Part shown: positions 39,722 to 49,470 of the stretch, piece after piece | Numbering within the stretch: the first letter of the stretch is position 1 | Layout: each line of letters begins with the position of its first letter | Source of the DNA: an uncultured Gemmatimonadales bacterium | GTDB taxonomy: Bacteria; Gemmatimonadota; Gemmatimonadetes; Gemmatimonadales; GWC2-71-9 | DNA: 64,000 nt | Assembly: GCA_963748815.1 (NCBI GenBank) | Contig: CAVVKJ010000005.1 | Location: 514,577-578,576 of the forward strand | Direction of reading: 5' to 3' | Made by a program: the position numbers and the translations under genes | Notes under the pieces: model-generated | Databases searched by the model: none | What the model was told of the DNA's origin: nothing | What the model saw: the letters and a program-made list of their open reading frames with translations, nothing else

Positions 39722-42496
39722 ATGACGACCGCTGAGGTCGTGAATGCCACACCCGAGCGGTGGTCGCGGCGGAGCACCTTTCCGGCCGTCGGGCCCGTGG
39801 CGTTCCTGACGGCCATCTACGGCCTTGCCTACCTGTTCTGGGAGCGGTCCGGCATCGGGAGCGCGGCCTTCCGGGACTTCGTCGGCAACGCCGGGTTCAT
39901 GCCGCTGAACCTGACCCTGGCCACGCTCTGTTTCGTCGCCTCGACCCGGCTGGTCCTCGACCCCGGCGTTCGTCGCGCCCTGCGGATGATGGGCATCGGC
40001 TCGACCGCGGTGCTCGTCGGCAACGCCATTTCGGTGTATTACGTGCTGGTCCGCGGGGAGAGTCCCGCCGTCAGCTGGGCCGACCTCTTCTACCTCAGCG
40101 ACAGTTTGCTGCTGCTGGCGGCGTTGCTTGCCTTTCCCCTGACCCGGCGCATCCACCTCGAATGGTGGAAGTTCGTGCTCGACGCCACGATGGTGCTGGT
40201 CGGTGGCGGCGTGATGATCTGGTATTTCACCGTTCGTCCCGGTGCGCCGGGCCTCGTCGAGGGCATCGGCGCCACCGTCATTACCTACGCCTTCCCCCTC
40301 GCCAGCCTGCTCGTCCTGCTCGGAATCACGTCCGTCCTTCTTCGGGGGCCCATCGATCGCAATCGCTGGGCGTTCGGCTTGCTTGTCGGAGGCGTGCTGC
40401 TGAGCGTCATCGCCGACCTGACCTTCGGGCTGATCCAGGTCCAGACCGGCGAGCGGGGCGCCACCCTGGTGGACGCGGTGTACCTGATGGTGTACCTGCT
40501 GCTGATCGCGAGCGCGGAGCTGTACTGGCGGCGGCCGGTCCCCAGGACGGCCGGCACGGAGGAATACCAGCCCCGCTCCCAGCCGCTGAGTCCGCTGCCC
40601 TACCTGGCGGTCGGCGTCACGTTTGGCCTCCTGCTCTTCGAGGCCTTCCAGCCCGACCGGGAGCCGGTCACCCAACTCGCCGTCGGCGCCCTGGCGATCA
40701 CCGGGCTCGTCGTCGTCCGGCAGTTGCTGGCGGTGCGCCAGAACGTGCGCCTGCTCGCCGAGACCGCGGCGCGGCAGAACGAGGCCAGGTTTCGCTCGCT
40801 GGTGCAGCATTCCTCCGACGTGATCCTCGTGGTCGAGGGGGACGGCACCATCCAGTACGTCAGTCCCTCGGCCGCCCGCGTGCTGCGCTACGATCCTGAC
40901 CGGCTGCTCGGGCTCTCGGTCCACTCGCTGCTGGTGGTCGACGACCGCGAGCGTGCCAGCGCGTTCCTGCGCGACGCGGGCCGAACCTCCAGCCTGCCGG
41001 CCCCGATCGAGTGGGGCTTTCGCCAGCCCGACGGGTCGGCGCTTCACACCGAGACCATCGCGACCAACCTCATCAACGATCCCACGGTGCGCGGCATCGT
41101 GCTCAACATCCGGGACGTGAGCGAACGCCAGCGCCTGCGGGACGAGCTGCAGCACCAGGCGTTCCACGATTCGCTGACCGGGCTGGCCAATCGGGCGCTC
41201 TTTCGCGACCGGGTGAGCCACGCGCTCGCCATCGCGCGCCGGCAGGGCCGGGAGGTCACCGTCCTGTACCTTGACCTCGATGATTTCAAGAAGGTCAACG
41301 ACAGCCTGGGGCACGCCGAGGGCGACCAGCTGCTGCGGCTGGCGGCCGAGCGGTTCCTCGCCTGCGCGCGCGCCACCGACACCGTGGCCCGCCTCGGCGG
41401 CGACGAATTCGGCATCCTCATCGAGGACGTGCGCGGCAACGACGGCACCGCGGTGCTGGTCGATCGGCTGGCGGGCGCCATGCACTCCCCGTTCCAGCTG
41501 GGGCACAACGAGGTGCATGTCTCGCTCAGTTTCGGCATCGCCACGGCCGTCGGCGACGAGAGCGCCGACGACCTGCTGCGGAACTCGGACCTGGCGATGT
41601 ACACCGCCAAGCGGCAGGGCAAGGGCCGGTTCGCGACCTACGAGTCGAAGATGGTCTCCGACCTGCGCCACCGGCTGGAGATGGAAGTGGCGCTGCGCGG
41701 GGCGATCGAGCGCGAGGAGCTGGTGCTGCACTACCAGCCGATCATGCACCTGCAGACCGGAGCGATCTTCGGATTCGAGGCCCTCGTGCGGTGGAACCAT
41801 CCGAAGTACGGGCACCTCCTGCCGGGCCACTTCGTCCCGCTCGCGGAAGAGACCGGGCTGATCGTCCGGCTTGGCGCATGGGTGCTGCGCGAGGCGTGTG
41901 CCCAGATCCACCGGTGGCGGCAGGCGCACCCCGGTGCCGACTGGACGATGTGCGTCAACCTGTCCGGACGGCAGTTGCAGGAGCCCGACCTCGTGCCCGA
42001 GACGCGCCTGGCGCTCGGCGTGACCGGCGTCGACCCGTCCGCCCTGGTGCTCGAGATTACCGAGAGCGTGCTCATGCAGCAGGCCGATTCGGCCCAACAG
42101 CAGCTGCGGGCCATGAAGGCGCTGGGCGTCGGCCTCGCGATCGACGACTTCGGCACCGGCTATTCCTCGCTCAGCTACCTGCAGCGGTTCCCGATCGACA
42201 TCCTGAAGATCGCAAAGCCGTTCATCGACGATGTCGGGGCGGGGATCGAGAAATCGGCACTGGCCCGCGCCATCATCGGCCTCGGCGACACCCTGAAGCT
42301 CAAGACCATCGCCGAAGGGGTGGAGATCGCCGAGCAGCGGGAGGCGCTGATGGCGCTCGGGTGCGAGCTGGGGCAGGGGCACCTGTTCGCGAAGGCGCTC
42401 CCAGTGGAGGGAGTAGAGCGGATGCTGCAAGAAGCGGGGAGGCGGGGAAGCGGGGAAGCGGGGAAGCGACTCACAAGCAGGGTAGTGGGATATTGA
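39722..42496 (+). CDS. Membrane-bound PAS-GGDEF-EAL diguanylate cyclase/phosphodiesterase
   Basis: Multi-TM N-terminus, PAS, RLGGDEF, FEALVRW, DDFGTGYSS. Confidence 0.95.
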   Translation: MTTAEVVNATPERWSRRSTFPAVGPVAFLTAIYGLAYLFWERSGIGSAAFRDFVGNAGFMPLNLTLATLCFVASTRLVLDPGVRRALRMMGIGSTAVLVGNAISVYYVLVRGESPAVSWADLFYLSDSLLLLAALLAFPLTRRIHLEWWKFVLDATMVLVGGGVMIWYFTVRPGAPGLVEGIGATVITYAFPLASLLVLLGITSVLLRGPIDRNRWAFGLLVGGVLLSVIADLTFGLIQVQTGERGATLVDAVYLMVYLLLIASAELYWRRPVPRTAGTEEYQPRSQPLSPLPYLAVGVTFGLLLFEAFQPDREPVTQLAVGALAITGLVVVRQLLAVRQNVRLLAETAARQNEARFRSLVQHSSDVILVVEGDGTIQYVSPSAARVLRYDPDRLLGLSVHSLLVVDDRERASAFLRDAGRTSSLPAPIEWGFRQPDGSALHTETIATNLINDPTVRGIVLNIRDVSERQRLRDELQHQAFHDSLTGLANRALFRDRVSHALAIARRQGREVTVLYLDLDDFKKVNDSLGHAEGDQLLRLAAERFLACARATDTVARLGGDEFGILIEDVRGNDGTAVLVDRLAGAMHSPFQLGHNEVHVSLSFGIATAVGDESADDLLRNSDLAMYTAKRQGKGRFATYESKMVSDLRHRLEMEVALRGAIEREELVLHYQPIMHLQTGAIFGFEALVRWNHPKYGHLLPGHFVPLAEETGLIVRLGAWVLREACAQIHRWRQAHPGADWTMCVNLSGRQLQEPDLVPETRLALGVTGVDPSALVLEITESVLMQQADSAQQQLRAMKALGVGLAIDDFGTGYSSLSYLQRFPIDILKIAKPFIDDVGAGIEKSALARAIIGLGDTLKLKTIAEGVEIAEQREALMALGCELGQGHLFAKALPVEGVERMLQEAGRRGSGEAGKRLTSRVVGY
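42431..42468 (+). repeat. Tandem octamer array (GAAGCGGG, about 4.75 units)
   Basis: gaagcggg gaggcggg gaagcggg gaagcggg gaagcg, read directly from sequence. Confidence 0.95.
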
Positions 42497-42553
42497 GCAG
42501 GGCTGCGGCTTCTCGGTCACTACAATTCTGCCAGCCCCTCTCATTTTCCCATC

Positions 42554-42967
42554 ATGCCCACCCTTGCGAAGCGGGAACGCCGTCCGCGGACCCGCCACGA
42601 AGGCCTGAAGGCCTGGCAGTCGGCCCAAGCCCTTACGCTCGCGGTCTACCGGGCTACCAGGAATTGGCCAACAGCAGAGCGGTATGGCCTCGTCTCCCAG
42701 GTCAGGCGAGCTGCGGTTTCGGTGTCGGCGAACATCGCCGAGGGTTCGGCCAGACTGGGCCCCCGAGAGTTCCGTCGATTTCTCGACATCTCGCTCGGGT
42801 CGCTGGCGGAGATTCACGTCTATCTTGTTCTGGCCAAAGAACTTGGGCTGATTTCGATGGCGGAATGGGGGGAGTTGGAGGCACTCCGGGACCACACCGG
42901 CAGACTGATCTGGGGACTTTCAAGGTCGATTCAGAAGCGGCCTGCAAGCTCTGCAATTGCCGGGTAG
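42554..42967 (+). CDS. Four-helix bundle protein (23S rRNA intervening-sequence protein / TIGR02436-like)
   Basis: LKAWQ, ERYGLVSQVRRAAVSVSANIAEG, FLDISLGSLAE. Confidence 0.93.
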   Translation: MPTLAKRERRPRTRHEGLKAWQSAQALTLAVYRATRNWPTAERYGLVSQVRRAAVSVSANIAEGSARLGPREFRRFLDISLGSLAEIHVYLVLAKELGLISMAEWGELEALRDHTGRLIWGLSRSIQKRPASSAIAG

Positions 42968-42980
42968 CCCGCGATTCCAC

Positions 42981-43047
42981 CGCTGCCCCGCTGCCCCGCT
43001 GCCCCGCTGCCCCGCTGCCCCGCTTCCCCGCTTCCCCGCTTCCCCGC
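42981..43047 (+). repeat. Tandem octamer array (CGCTGCCC)x5 (CGCTTCCC)x3, inverted relative to 42431-42468
   Basis: Read directly; CGCTTCCC is the reverse complement of GGGAAGCG. Confidence 0.95.
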
Positions 43048-43088
43048 CCATTGCCCCAACCCCTTAATCCGCTTACGTTTCAGGGCTT

Positions 43089-44421
43089 ATGTTCGACGAG
43101 CTTTCCTCCAAACTGTCCGACACGCTCCGCCGGTTGGCGGGCCGTGGCGTCCTGACGGAGGATGCTGTCAAGGAAGGACTTCGTGAAGTCCGGCGGGTGT
43201 TGCTCGAGGCCGATGTCAGCTTCGACCTCACGCGCGAATTTCTCGAGCGGGTGCAGGCGCGCGCGGTCGGCACCGAAGCGCTGAAGTCGGTGCGTCCCGG
43301 CCAGCAGGTCGTCAAGATCGTGTACGACGAACTGGTCGCGCTGCTCGGCGAGAAGCAGGCGCCGATCGCATTCGCGTCCGTGCCGCCGACGGTCATCCTG
43401 CTCGTGGGGTTGCAGGGGTCCGGCAAGACGACCACCGCCGGCAAGCTGGCGAAGCGCCTCAAGCTGGAGCAGAAGGCGCCGTTCCTGGTGGCGGCCGACG
43501 TGTACCGCCCGGCCGCGGTCGATCAGCTGGTGACGGTGGCGGGGCAGGCGGGGGTCGGGCGTGCACGCGGAGCCGGGTGTCACCGACGTGGTGGGCATCG
43601 TGCGGCGCGGGATCGAGGCGGCGGGCAAGGCGCGGGCGCGTACGGTCCTGGTCGACACCGCCGGCCGGCTGCAGATCGACAGCGAGATGATGGAGGAGCT
43701 GGCGCGGCTCAAGGCCGCGATCAAGCCCCATGAAATCTTGCTCGTGGCCGACGGGATGACCGGGCAGGACGCGGTCCGGATCGCCGGCGGGTTCCACGAG
43801 GCGCTGGGGATCACGGGCGTGATCCTGACCAAGATGGACGGCGACGCCCGGGGTGGCGCGGCCCTCTCCATCTACGGCGTGACCAAGGCGCCGATCAAGT
43901 ACATCGGCGTGGGTGAGAAGCTCGACGCGCTCGAGCCCTTCATCCCGGAGCGGATGGCCGGCCGCATCCTCCAGCAGGGCGACATCCTGAGCCTGGTGGA
44001 AAAGGCCCAGTCATCGCTCGACGAAGAGGAGTCGGGCCGGCTCGCGAAGAAGGCGATGTCGAAGCGAGGCATGGACCTCCAGGATTTCCTGTCGGCCATG
44101 CGGCAGATGCAGAAGCTCGGGCCGCTCAAGAACGTGCTGGGGATGTTGCCCGGGGTGAACGCCCAGATGCTCAAGCAGGCCAACGTGGGCGAGGACCGGC
44201 TGAAGCATGTCGAGGCCATCGTCCTCTCGATGACCCTGAAGGAACGGCAGAACCCCGACCTGCTGAACGGGTCGCGGCGGAGTCGGATTGCCCGGGGCAG
44301 CGGCCGCACGGTGCAGGAAGTCAACCAGTTGATGGCGCAGTTCAAGCAGATGCAGAAGTACATGAAGTCGGCAGGTAAACCCGGCGCTCGCATGCCCTTT
44401 GGGCGCGGGTTCCCCGGCTGA
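43089..44421 (+). CDS. ffh: Signal recognition particle protein, frameshift near 43558
   Basis: LLEADV, GLQGSGKTT, DTAGRLQID, TKMDGDARGGAALS, M domain. Confidence 0.96.
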
Positions 44422-44445
44422 GCACGTAACCCAAGGGATTGAGAC

Positions 44446-44709
44446 ATGGCAACTCGCATTCGTCTCCGCCGGGTCGGGCGGAAGAAGCTCCCGATCTACC
44501 GCATCGTGGTCGCCGAAAAGACGGCGCCGCGCGACGGCCGCTTCATCGACGTCATCGGCACCTACGCGCCGAAGGCCAAGCTGGAAGCGGACCAGATCAC
44601 CGTCGACGCCGAAAAGGCGCGGGCCTGGCTGGACAAGGGCGCCACGGCGTCCGAAACGGTGAACTCGCTGCTGCGGAAGGCCGGACTCTTCCAGACGCCG
44701 ACGGCCTGA
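44446..44709 (+). CDS. rpsP: 30S ribosomal protein S16
   Basis: IRLRRVGRKKLPIYRIVVA..PRDGRFI. Confidence 0.97.
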   Translation: MATRIRLRRVGRKKLPIYRIVVAEKTAPRDGRFIDVIGTYAPKAKLEADQITVDAEKARAWLDKGATASETVNSLLRKAGLFQTPTA

Positions 44710-45239
44710 TGACGGAAGGCGCCCGCCACATGGTGGTCGGGCGGTTTCGCAGGCCGCACGGCATGAAGGGGGAGTGCACGGTCTTCCCGCTCACGGACGA
44801 GCCGGGACGGGTCTACGCCTCGGGGCAGGAGCTCTGCCCGGTGGATCTCGCCGGCGAGCCGATGGGAAGTCCGCTGAAAGTGGAGCGGAGCCGCGCGTAC
44901 CACCGCGAGTGGCTGCTGAAGTTCGTCGGGATCGACCACCGGGATGCGCTCGAGCGGTACCGGGACGGATTCCTGGCGGTCCCGACCGACGCGGCGTCCC
45001 CGTTGGAAGAGGGCGAGGTGTACCTCCACGAGCTCGACGGGTTCGCCGTGCGGCTCGAGGATGACACCCCGGTCGGGCTGGTCACCGGCTACTACGAGAC
45101 GGCGGCCGGGCTGGTCATCGAAGTGCAGGGCCCGAAGCGGGAGTTCCTCCTGCCGTACCGGAAGGAATTCGTGAAGCAGGTGGACCGCGGCGCGCGTCGC
45201 CTGGTCGTCGCTCCACCGGATGGGTTGCTCGATGCCTGA
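44709..45239 (+). CDS. rimM: Ribosome maturation factor RimM
   Basis: VGRFRRPHGMKGE, GEVYLHEL, PPDGLLD; synteny. Confidence 0.93.
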   Translation: MTEGARHMVVGRFRRPHGMKGECTVFPLTDEPGRVYASGQELCPVDLAGEPMGSPLKVERSRAYHREWLLKFVGIDHRDALERYRDGFLAVPTDAASPLEEGEVYLHELDGFAVRLEDDTPVGLVTGYYETAAGLVIEVQGPKREFLLPYRKEFVKQVDRGARRLVVAPPDGLLDA

Positions 45240-45933
45240 GCCGCTCCGCATCAACGTCGTCACGCTCTTTCCGGAGGTGTTCGCGCCCTGGCTCGAGGCG
45301 TCGATCATCGGGCGGGCGCGGTCGGAAGGGCGGGTCGAGTTTCGGGTGGTGCAGCTCCGGGACTTCACCCACGACCGGCACCACACGGTGGACGACTACG
45401 CCTTCGGGGGTGGCGCGGGGATGGTGCTGAAGCCCGAGCCGTTCTTCGAGGCGGTGGAGTCCCTGGGCCCGCCGGCGGGGCCGGTGGTGCTGCTCTCGGC
45501 GCGAGGCAGGCGGTTTGCCCACACCGACGCGGTGCGCTGGTCGCTGGGGCCGGAGCTGACGCTGCTCTGCGGGCATTACAAGGACGTCGATCAGCGGGTG
45601 GCCAATCACCTGGCCACCGACGAGGTCTCCCTGGGAGATTTCGTGCTGACCGGGGGCGAGCCGGCGGCGCTCTGTGTCCTCGACGCGGTGGTGCGGCTGC
45701 TCCCCGGCGCCCTGGGCGACCATGAGTCGGCCAGCACCGATTCGCATTACGACGGGCTGTTGAGCCCGCCGAGCTACACCCGGCCGCCGGAATACCGGGG
45801 GCTGGCAGTCCCGGAGGTCTTGCGCTCCGGCGACCACGCGAAAATCGCCGCGTGGCGGAAGGAACAGGCGGACACACTGACTCGCGAACGCCGGCCCGAT
45901 CTCTGGCAGGCGCACCTCGCGTCGGACGACTAG
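45232..45933 (+). CDS. trmD: tRNA (guanine37-N1)-methyltransferase
   Basis: [35 protein letters not shown]. Confidence 0.96.
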   Translation: MPEPLRINVVTLFPEVFAPWLEASIIGRARSEGRVEFRVVQLRDFTHDRHHTVDDYAFGGGAGMVLKPEPFFEAVESLGPPAGPVVLLSARGRRFAHTDAVRWSLGPELTLLCGHYKDVDQRVANHLATDEVSLGDFVLTGGEPAALCVLDAVVRLLPGALGDHESASTDSHYDGLLSPPSYTRPPEYRGLAVPEVLRSGDHAKIAAWRKEQADTLTRERRPDLWQAHLASDD

Positions 45934-45977
45934 CGGCAGGACGCCGAACGGGGCCCACGGGGCCGCCACTCAGGAGA

Positions 45978-46331
45978 ATGACGATGGAACGGATGGATGC
46001 GTTGACGCGCGGGACCCCGCGCACCGATCTCCCCGCGTTCGATGCCGGGGACACAGTACGGGTCATGGTGCGCGTCCGCGAGGGCGACAAGGAGCGGCTG
46101 CAGGCGTTCGAGGGGGTGGTCATCTCCCGGCGCGGCGGCGGGGCTCAGGAAAACTTCACCGTCCGGAAGGTCTCGGCGGGCGTCGGCGTGGAACGCATCT
46201 TCCCGGTGCAGAGCCCCACGATCGCCTCGATCGACCTCGTGCGGCGTGGCCGGGTTCGCCGGGCCAAGCTGTACTACCTCCGCGCGCTGAGCGGCAAGGC
46301 CGCGCGCATCCGGGAGAAGCGCGAGGTCTGA
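45978..46331 (+). CDS. rplS: 50S ribosomal protein L19
   Basis: [35 protein letters not shown]. Confidence 0.97.
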   Translation: MTMERMDALTRGTPRTDLPAFDAGDTVRVMVRVREGDKERLQAFEGVVISRRGGGAQENFTVRKVSAGVGVERIFPVQSPTIASIDLVRRGRVRRAKLYYLRALSGKAARIREKREV

Positions 46332-47021
46332 GTGACCGCCCGTCGTCCCACGTTGGACCGCGAAGCGGCGGTGTGGGCCGACGGGCAGTTGTTGGTGGGT
46401 GTCGATGAAGCAGGCCGCGGTCCCCTGGCTGGTCCAGTGGTGGCCGCGGCCGTCGTGTTTCCGGTCGGGTCGTCTCGGCTCGAGGGCGTCCGCGACAGCA
46501 AGACGCTCTCGGCCGCGCGCCGGGAGGCGCTGGCCCTCGAGATCCGAGGGGCCGCGCTCGCCATCGGCGTCGGTGGCGCCTCCGTCCGCGAAATCGACGG
46601 GCTGAACATTCGGGTCGCGACGGCCCTCGCCATGCGCCGCGCCCTCCTCCGCATCCTGCCCCGCTGCCCCGCCGCCCCGCCGCCCCGCCTCCTGCTCGAC
46701 GGCCTGCCCATGGCGGAAATCGGCTACCTCCACGACGCGCTCGTCGACGGCGACGCGCACTGCCACAGCATCGCCGCCGCCGGCATCATCGCCAAGACGG
46801 TGCGCGACCGGTTGATGCGCCGGCTCGCTGGCCGGCACGCCGGGTATGGGTGGGATCGCAACAACGGATACGGCAGCGCGGAACATCTGGCGGCGATCGG
46901 GACGCTCGGCCCCACCGACCATCACCGCCGGAGCTTCAGCCCGGTGAGCGGACTGGGACTTCCTACTTGGCCTTCCAGAACGCCTTGTCCTGACTCGCGA
47001 ACGCATCAGGCACGTAACTGA
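46332..47021 (+). CDS. rnhB: Ribonuclease HII
   Basis: GVDEAGRGPLAGPVVAAAV, DSK, IAAAGIIAK, HRRSF. Confidence 0.95.
   Translation: MTARRPTLDREAAVWADGQLLVGVDEAGRGPLAGPVVAAAVVFPVGSSRLEGVRDSKTLSAARREALALEIRGAALAIGVGGASVREIDGLNIRVATALAMRRALLRILPRCPAAPPPRLLLDGLPMAEIGYLHDALVDGDAHCHSIAAAGIIAKTVRDRLMRRLAGRHAGYGWDRNNGYGSAEHLAAIGTLGPTDHHRRSFSPVSGLGLPTWPSRTPCPDSRTHQARN
46656..46689 (+). repeat. Octamer array (C[T/C]GCCCCG)x4 inside rnhB
   Basis: ctgccccg ctgccccg ccgccccg ccgccccg; translates as LPRCPAAPPPR. Confidence 0.8.
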
Positions 47022-47781
47022 TTTGCGGGACGATGGTGAGCACCTCCGTTTCCACCTGCTGGGTGGAGGCGCTGAACTGTGCGGCGACTGCCTGGGGAGA
47101 GGCCATCTTGGCACCGACCGGGCCCCGCGCCGCGAGGTCGCTGTCGAGGCCGCCGTAGGAGCTCATCGGCACGAACAGGATATAGGCCGGCGACGGTCCG
47201 CCCGCCACCAGCTCGTAGGTGACCCACGGCGTGGCGACGCCGGCAGCCCGGTAGGCGGCGATGTAGGCGCCCATGGTGGTGGCAAACGCCTCGTCCTGGC
47301 CGGGCCGCACGCTGAATGTGCTGATCCAGAAGTGACGCGTGTCGGTCTGGATGAACATCGGCTGGTGGCTCAGGTCGGCGCGATAGGTGGCCAGAATCGT
47401 CTGGACGCCGGTCACAAAGCCCGATTCGCGGGCCATCAGGGTATCGAGCTGCTTGGCGAGGGACTTGTCGGTCTGGTAGCTCAGGTCGAGCTGCTCAAGG
47501 CTGGCGAAGTCGGTGGCGCCGCCGATGAACCAGAACTCCGGCGCGCCCGAGGCGGCGACGGCGCCAACATAGCTGTACGGCACCTTCTTCGATTGGAGGG
47601 CAGCGACCCACGCGCGCTCGTTCGCGAGGTGCCGCGGGGCGGTGCCGAATTTCGCGGTTTCCCGGACGATCCGGATGGCGGGCGGCGGCGCCGGACTCAG
47701 CCACAGGCTCTGGGCGGAGAGCGCGGCGGGGCCCGCCAGCACCAGCAGTGCGGCGAGCGAGGCGGGGAGGGGGGCACACAT
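46963..47781 (-). CDS. Secreted hypothetical protein with two similar alpha/beta (NIPSNAP-like) halves
   Basis: Signal peptide ending ALSAQ; internally repeated pattern. Fold assignment is inference. Confidence 0.7.
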   Translation of the reverse strand: MCAPLPASLAALLVLAGPAALSAQSLWLSPAPPPAIRIVRETAKFGTAPRHLANERAWVAALQSKKVPYSYVGAVAASGAPEFWFIGGATDFASLEQLDLSYQTDKSLAKQLDTLMARESGFVTGVQTILATYRADLSHQPMFIQTDTRHFWISTFSVRPGQDEAFATTMGAYIAAYRAAGVATPWVTYELVAGGPSPAYILFVPMSSYGGLDSDLAARGPVGAKMASPQAVAAQFSASTQQVETEVLTIVPQISYVPDAFASQDKAFWKAK

Positions 47782-47880
47782 GGGTCGCTCCTCGGTGAGG
47801 ACAGCGCCGAACCTACGCCTGGATTCGACGCTCGCAAGCCCTTGAATCCGGCCCCTCCGGGTGCAAGGTTTCGGATCGTC

Positions 47881-47954
47881 GGGGGCGTAGCTCAACTGGC
47901 TAGAGCAACGGGCTTTTAACCCGTAGGTTCTGGGTTCGATCCCCAGCGCCCTCA
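47881..47954 (+). tRNA. tRNA-Lys(TTT)
   Basis: Acceptor GGGGGCG/CGCCCTC, anticodon arm ACGGG-CTTTTAA-CCCGT, T-loop GTTCGAT; CCA not encoded. Confidence 0.96.
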
Positions 47955-47996
47955 CTGCAGTCCCGCCGGGCCCGGATTTCCCGTACCCCAGGTGCA

Positions 47997-49409
47997 ATGC
48001 ACCCCTCCATCGCCTTCCTCTACCTGCTCAGCGAATGGGCCATCCGGTTCGTCATGCTGGTGTACGTCCCGCAGCGGCGGAGCCCCGCCGCGGCGCGCAC
48101 CTGGCTGCTGCTCATCTTCCTCCTGCCGTGGCCGGGGTTCCTGCTCTACGCCGTCATCGGGCGGATCAAGCTGCCCGCCTGGCGACTCGCTCGGCAGCGC
48201 GAAGTGTCCGGGATGATCCGCGCCTGGCAGGGCCGGCACCCGGTTCCGGCGCCGGTGGCGCCGCACGCCGGCGGCGTGCCAGACCTCGTCCACGCCCTCG
48301 GCGATTTCCGGGTGCTGGAAGGCAACACGATCGAGCTCCTCGCTGACTACGACGCCTCCATTGCGCGACTGGCGGCGGACATCGACTCCGCCACCGAGTC
48401 GGTGCACCTCCTCTATTACATTTTTGCCGACGACGACCGCGGCGGGCAGGTGGTGAGCGCGCTCCTCAGGGCGCAGGCGCGCGGCGTCGAGTGCCGGGTG
48501 CTCATCGATGCGGTCGGTTCACGAAAGTTCGCGCTCGGCGACCTGCTCCGGCGCCTGCGGGCCGCGGGGATCCCGGCGCATGAGGTGCTGCCGGCCGGGC
48601 TCTTCCGGCGTGGCGCGGCACGCTTCGACCTGCGCAATCACCGGAAGGTGGCGGTGATCGACAACCGCGTCGGCTTCACCGGGTCGCAGAACATCGTGAA
48701 TCCCGGCTTTGTGCCGGGGTATCCCAATGAGGAACTCGTCGCCCGAGTCACGGGGCCGGTCGTAATCCAGCTGCAGGCGGTGTTCCTGCAAGACTGGTTC
48801 TTCGAGACGGGCGAACTTCCCGCGGACACCGACGCCATCACCTGGCCGGCGTCGGCGGGCGCCTCGCCGGCCCAGGTGCTCCCCAGCGGCCCCGGGTACG
48901 AGCGGGAGAACGCCCAGGAACTCCTGGTCCACCTCTTCCACCGGGCGCAACGGCGCATCGTGATCACGACGCCGTACTTCGTGCCGGATGTCCCGTTCCT
49001 GCAGGCGCTCCGCACCGCCGTGCGGCGCGGGGTGGAGGTCCGCCTGATCGTGGCCTACCCTGTGGACAAGTGGGTCATGGCGCTCGCGCAGCGGTCGTAT
49101 TTCGACGAGCTGCTGCGGGCCGGGGTCCATATTCACATGTACCGCCCCCACTTCCTCCACGCCAAGCACGTCAGCATCGACGAACACCTCGCGATCGTCG
49201 GGTCGGTCAACATGGATATCCGGTCGTTCGCGCTCAACGCGGAGGTGGCCCTGCTGGCCTACGACCCGGCGGTGGTCGATGCGCTGCGCGGGGTCCAGGA
49301 GAAGTACATCGCCCACTCGACGGAACTCACGCTGGAGGCGTGGGCCCGGCGCCCGGTCTGGGTCCGGGTCGCGCAAAACACCGCCCGGCTCGGCGACTCA
49401 CTCCTCTGA
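47997..49409 (+). CDS. cls: Cardiolipin synthase
   Basis: Two HKD motifs (RNHRKVAVID, HAKHVSID) and N-terminal TM helices. Confidence 0.94.
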   Translation: MHPSIAFLYLLSEWAIRFVMLVYVPQRRSPAAARTWLLLIFLLPWPGFLLYAVIGRIKLPAWRLARQREVSGMIRAWQGRHPVPAPVAPHAGGVPDLVHALGDFRVLEGNTIELLADYDASIARLAADIDSATESVHLLYYIFADDDRGGQVVSALLRAQARGVECRVLIDAVGSRKFALGDLLRRLRAAGIPAHEVLPAGLFRRGAARFDLRNHRKVAVIDNRVGFTGSQNIVNPGFVPGYPNEELVARVTGPVVIQLQAVFLQDWFFETGELPADTDAITWPASAGASPAQVLPSGPGYERENAQELLVHLFHRAQRRIVITTPYFVPDVPFLQALRTAVRRGVEVRLIVAYPVDKWVMALAQRSYFDELLRAGVHIHMYRPHFLHAKHVSIDEHLAIVGSVNMDIRSFALNAEVALLAYDPAVVDALRGVQEKYIAHSTELTLEAWARRPVWVRVAQNTARLGDSLL

Positions 49410-49470
49410 CCGCCGGGGTTACCTTTCCCCGGCGACCCGGTTCCTCCATCTCTTCAGCGTGGATCCCTTC

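Noticed and set aside
39665..42895. Long antisense ORFs (e.g. 1076 aa here, 870 aa at 52580-55192, 762 aa at 24542-26830)
   Set aside because: Shadow ORFs of high-GC genes with no recognisable motifs
42554..42967. Diversity-generating retroelement (Avd-like gene plus Ig-domain targets)
   Set aside because: No reverse transcriptase, and no TR/VR pair differing at adenines, was seen in the window
46963..47021. 59-bp convergent overlap of rnhB with the downstream gene as a regulatory device
   Set aside because: The rnhB tail is past the conserved HRxSF end; stop-codon run-on is common at high GC
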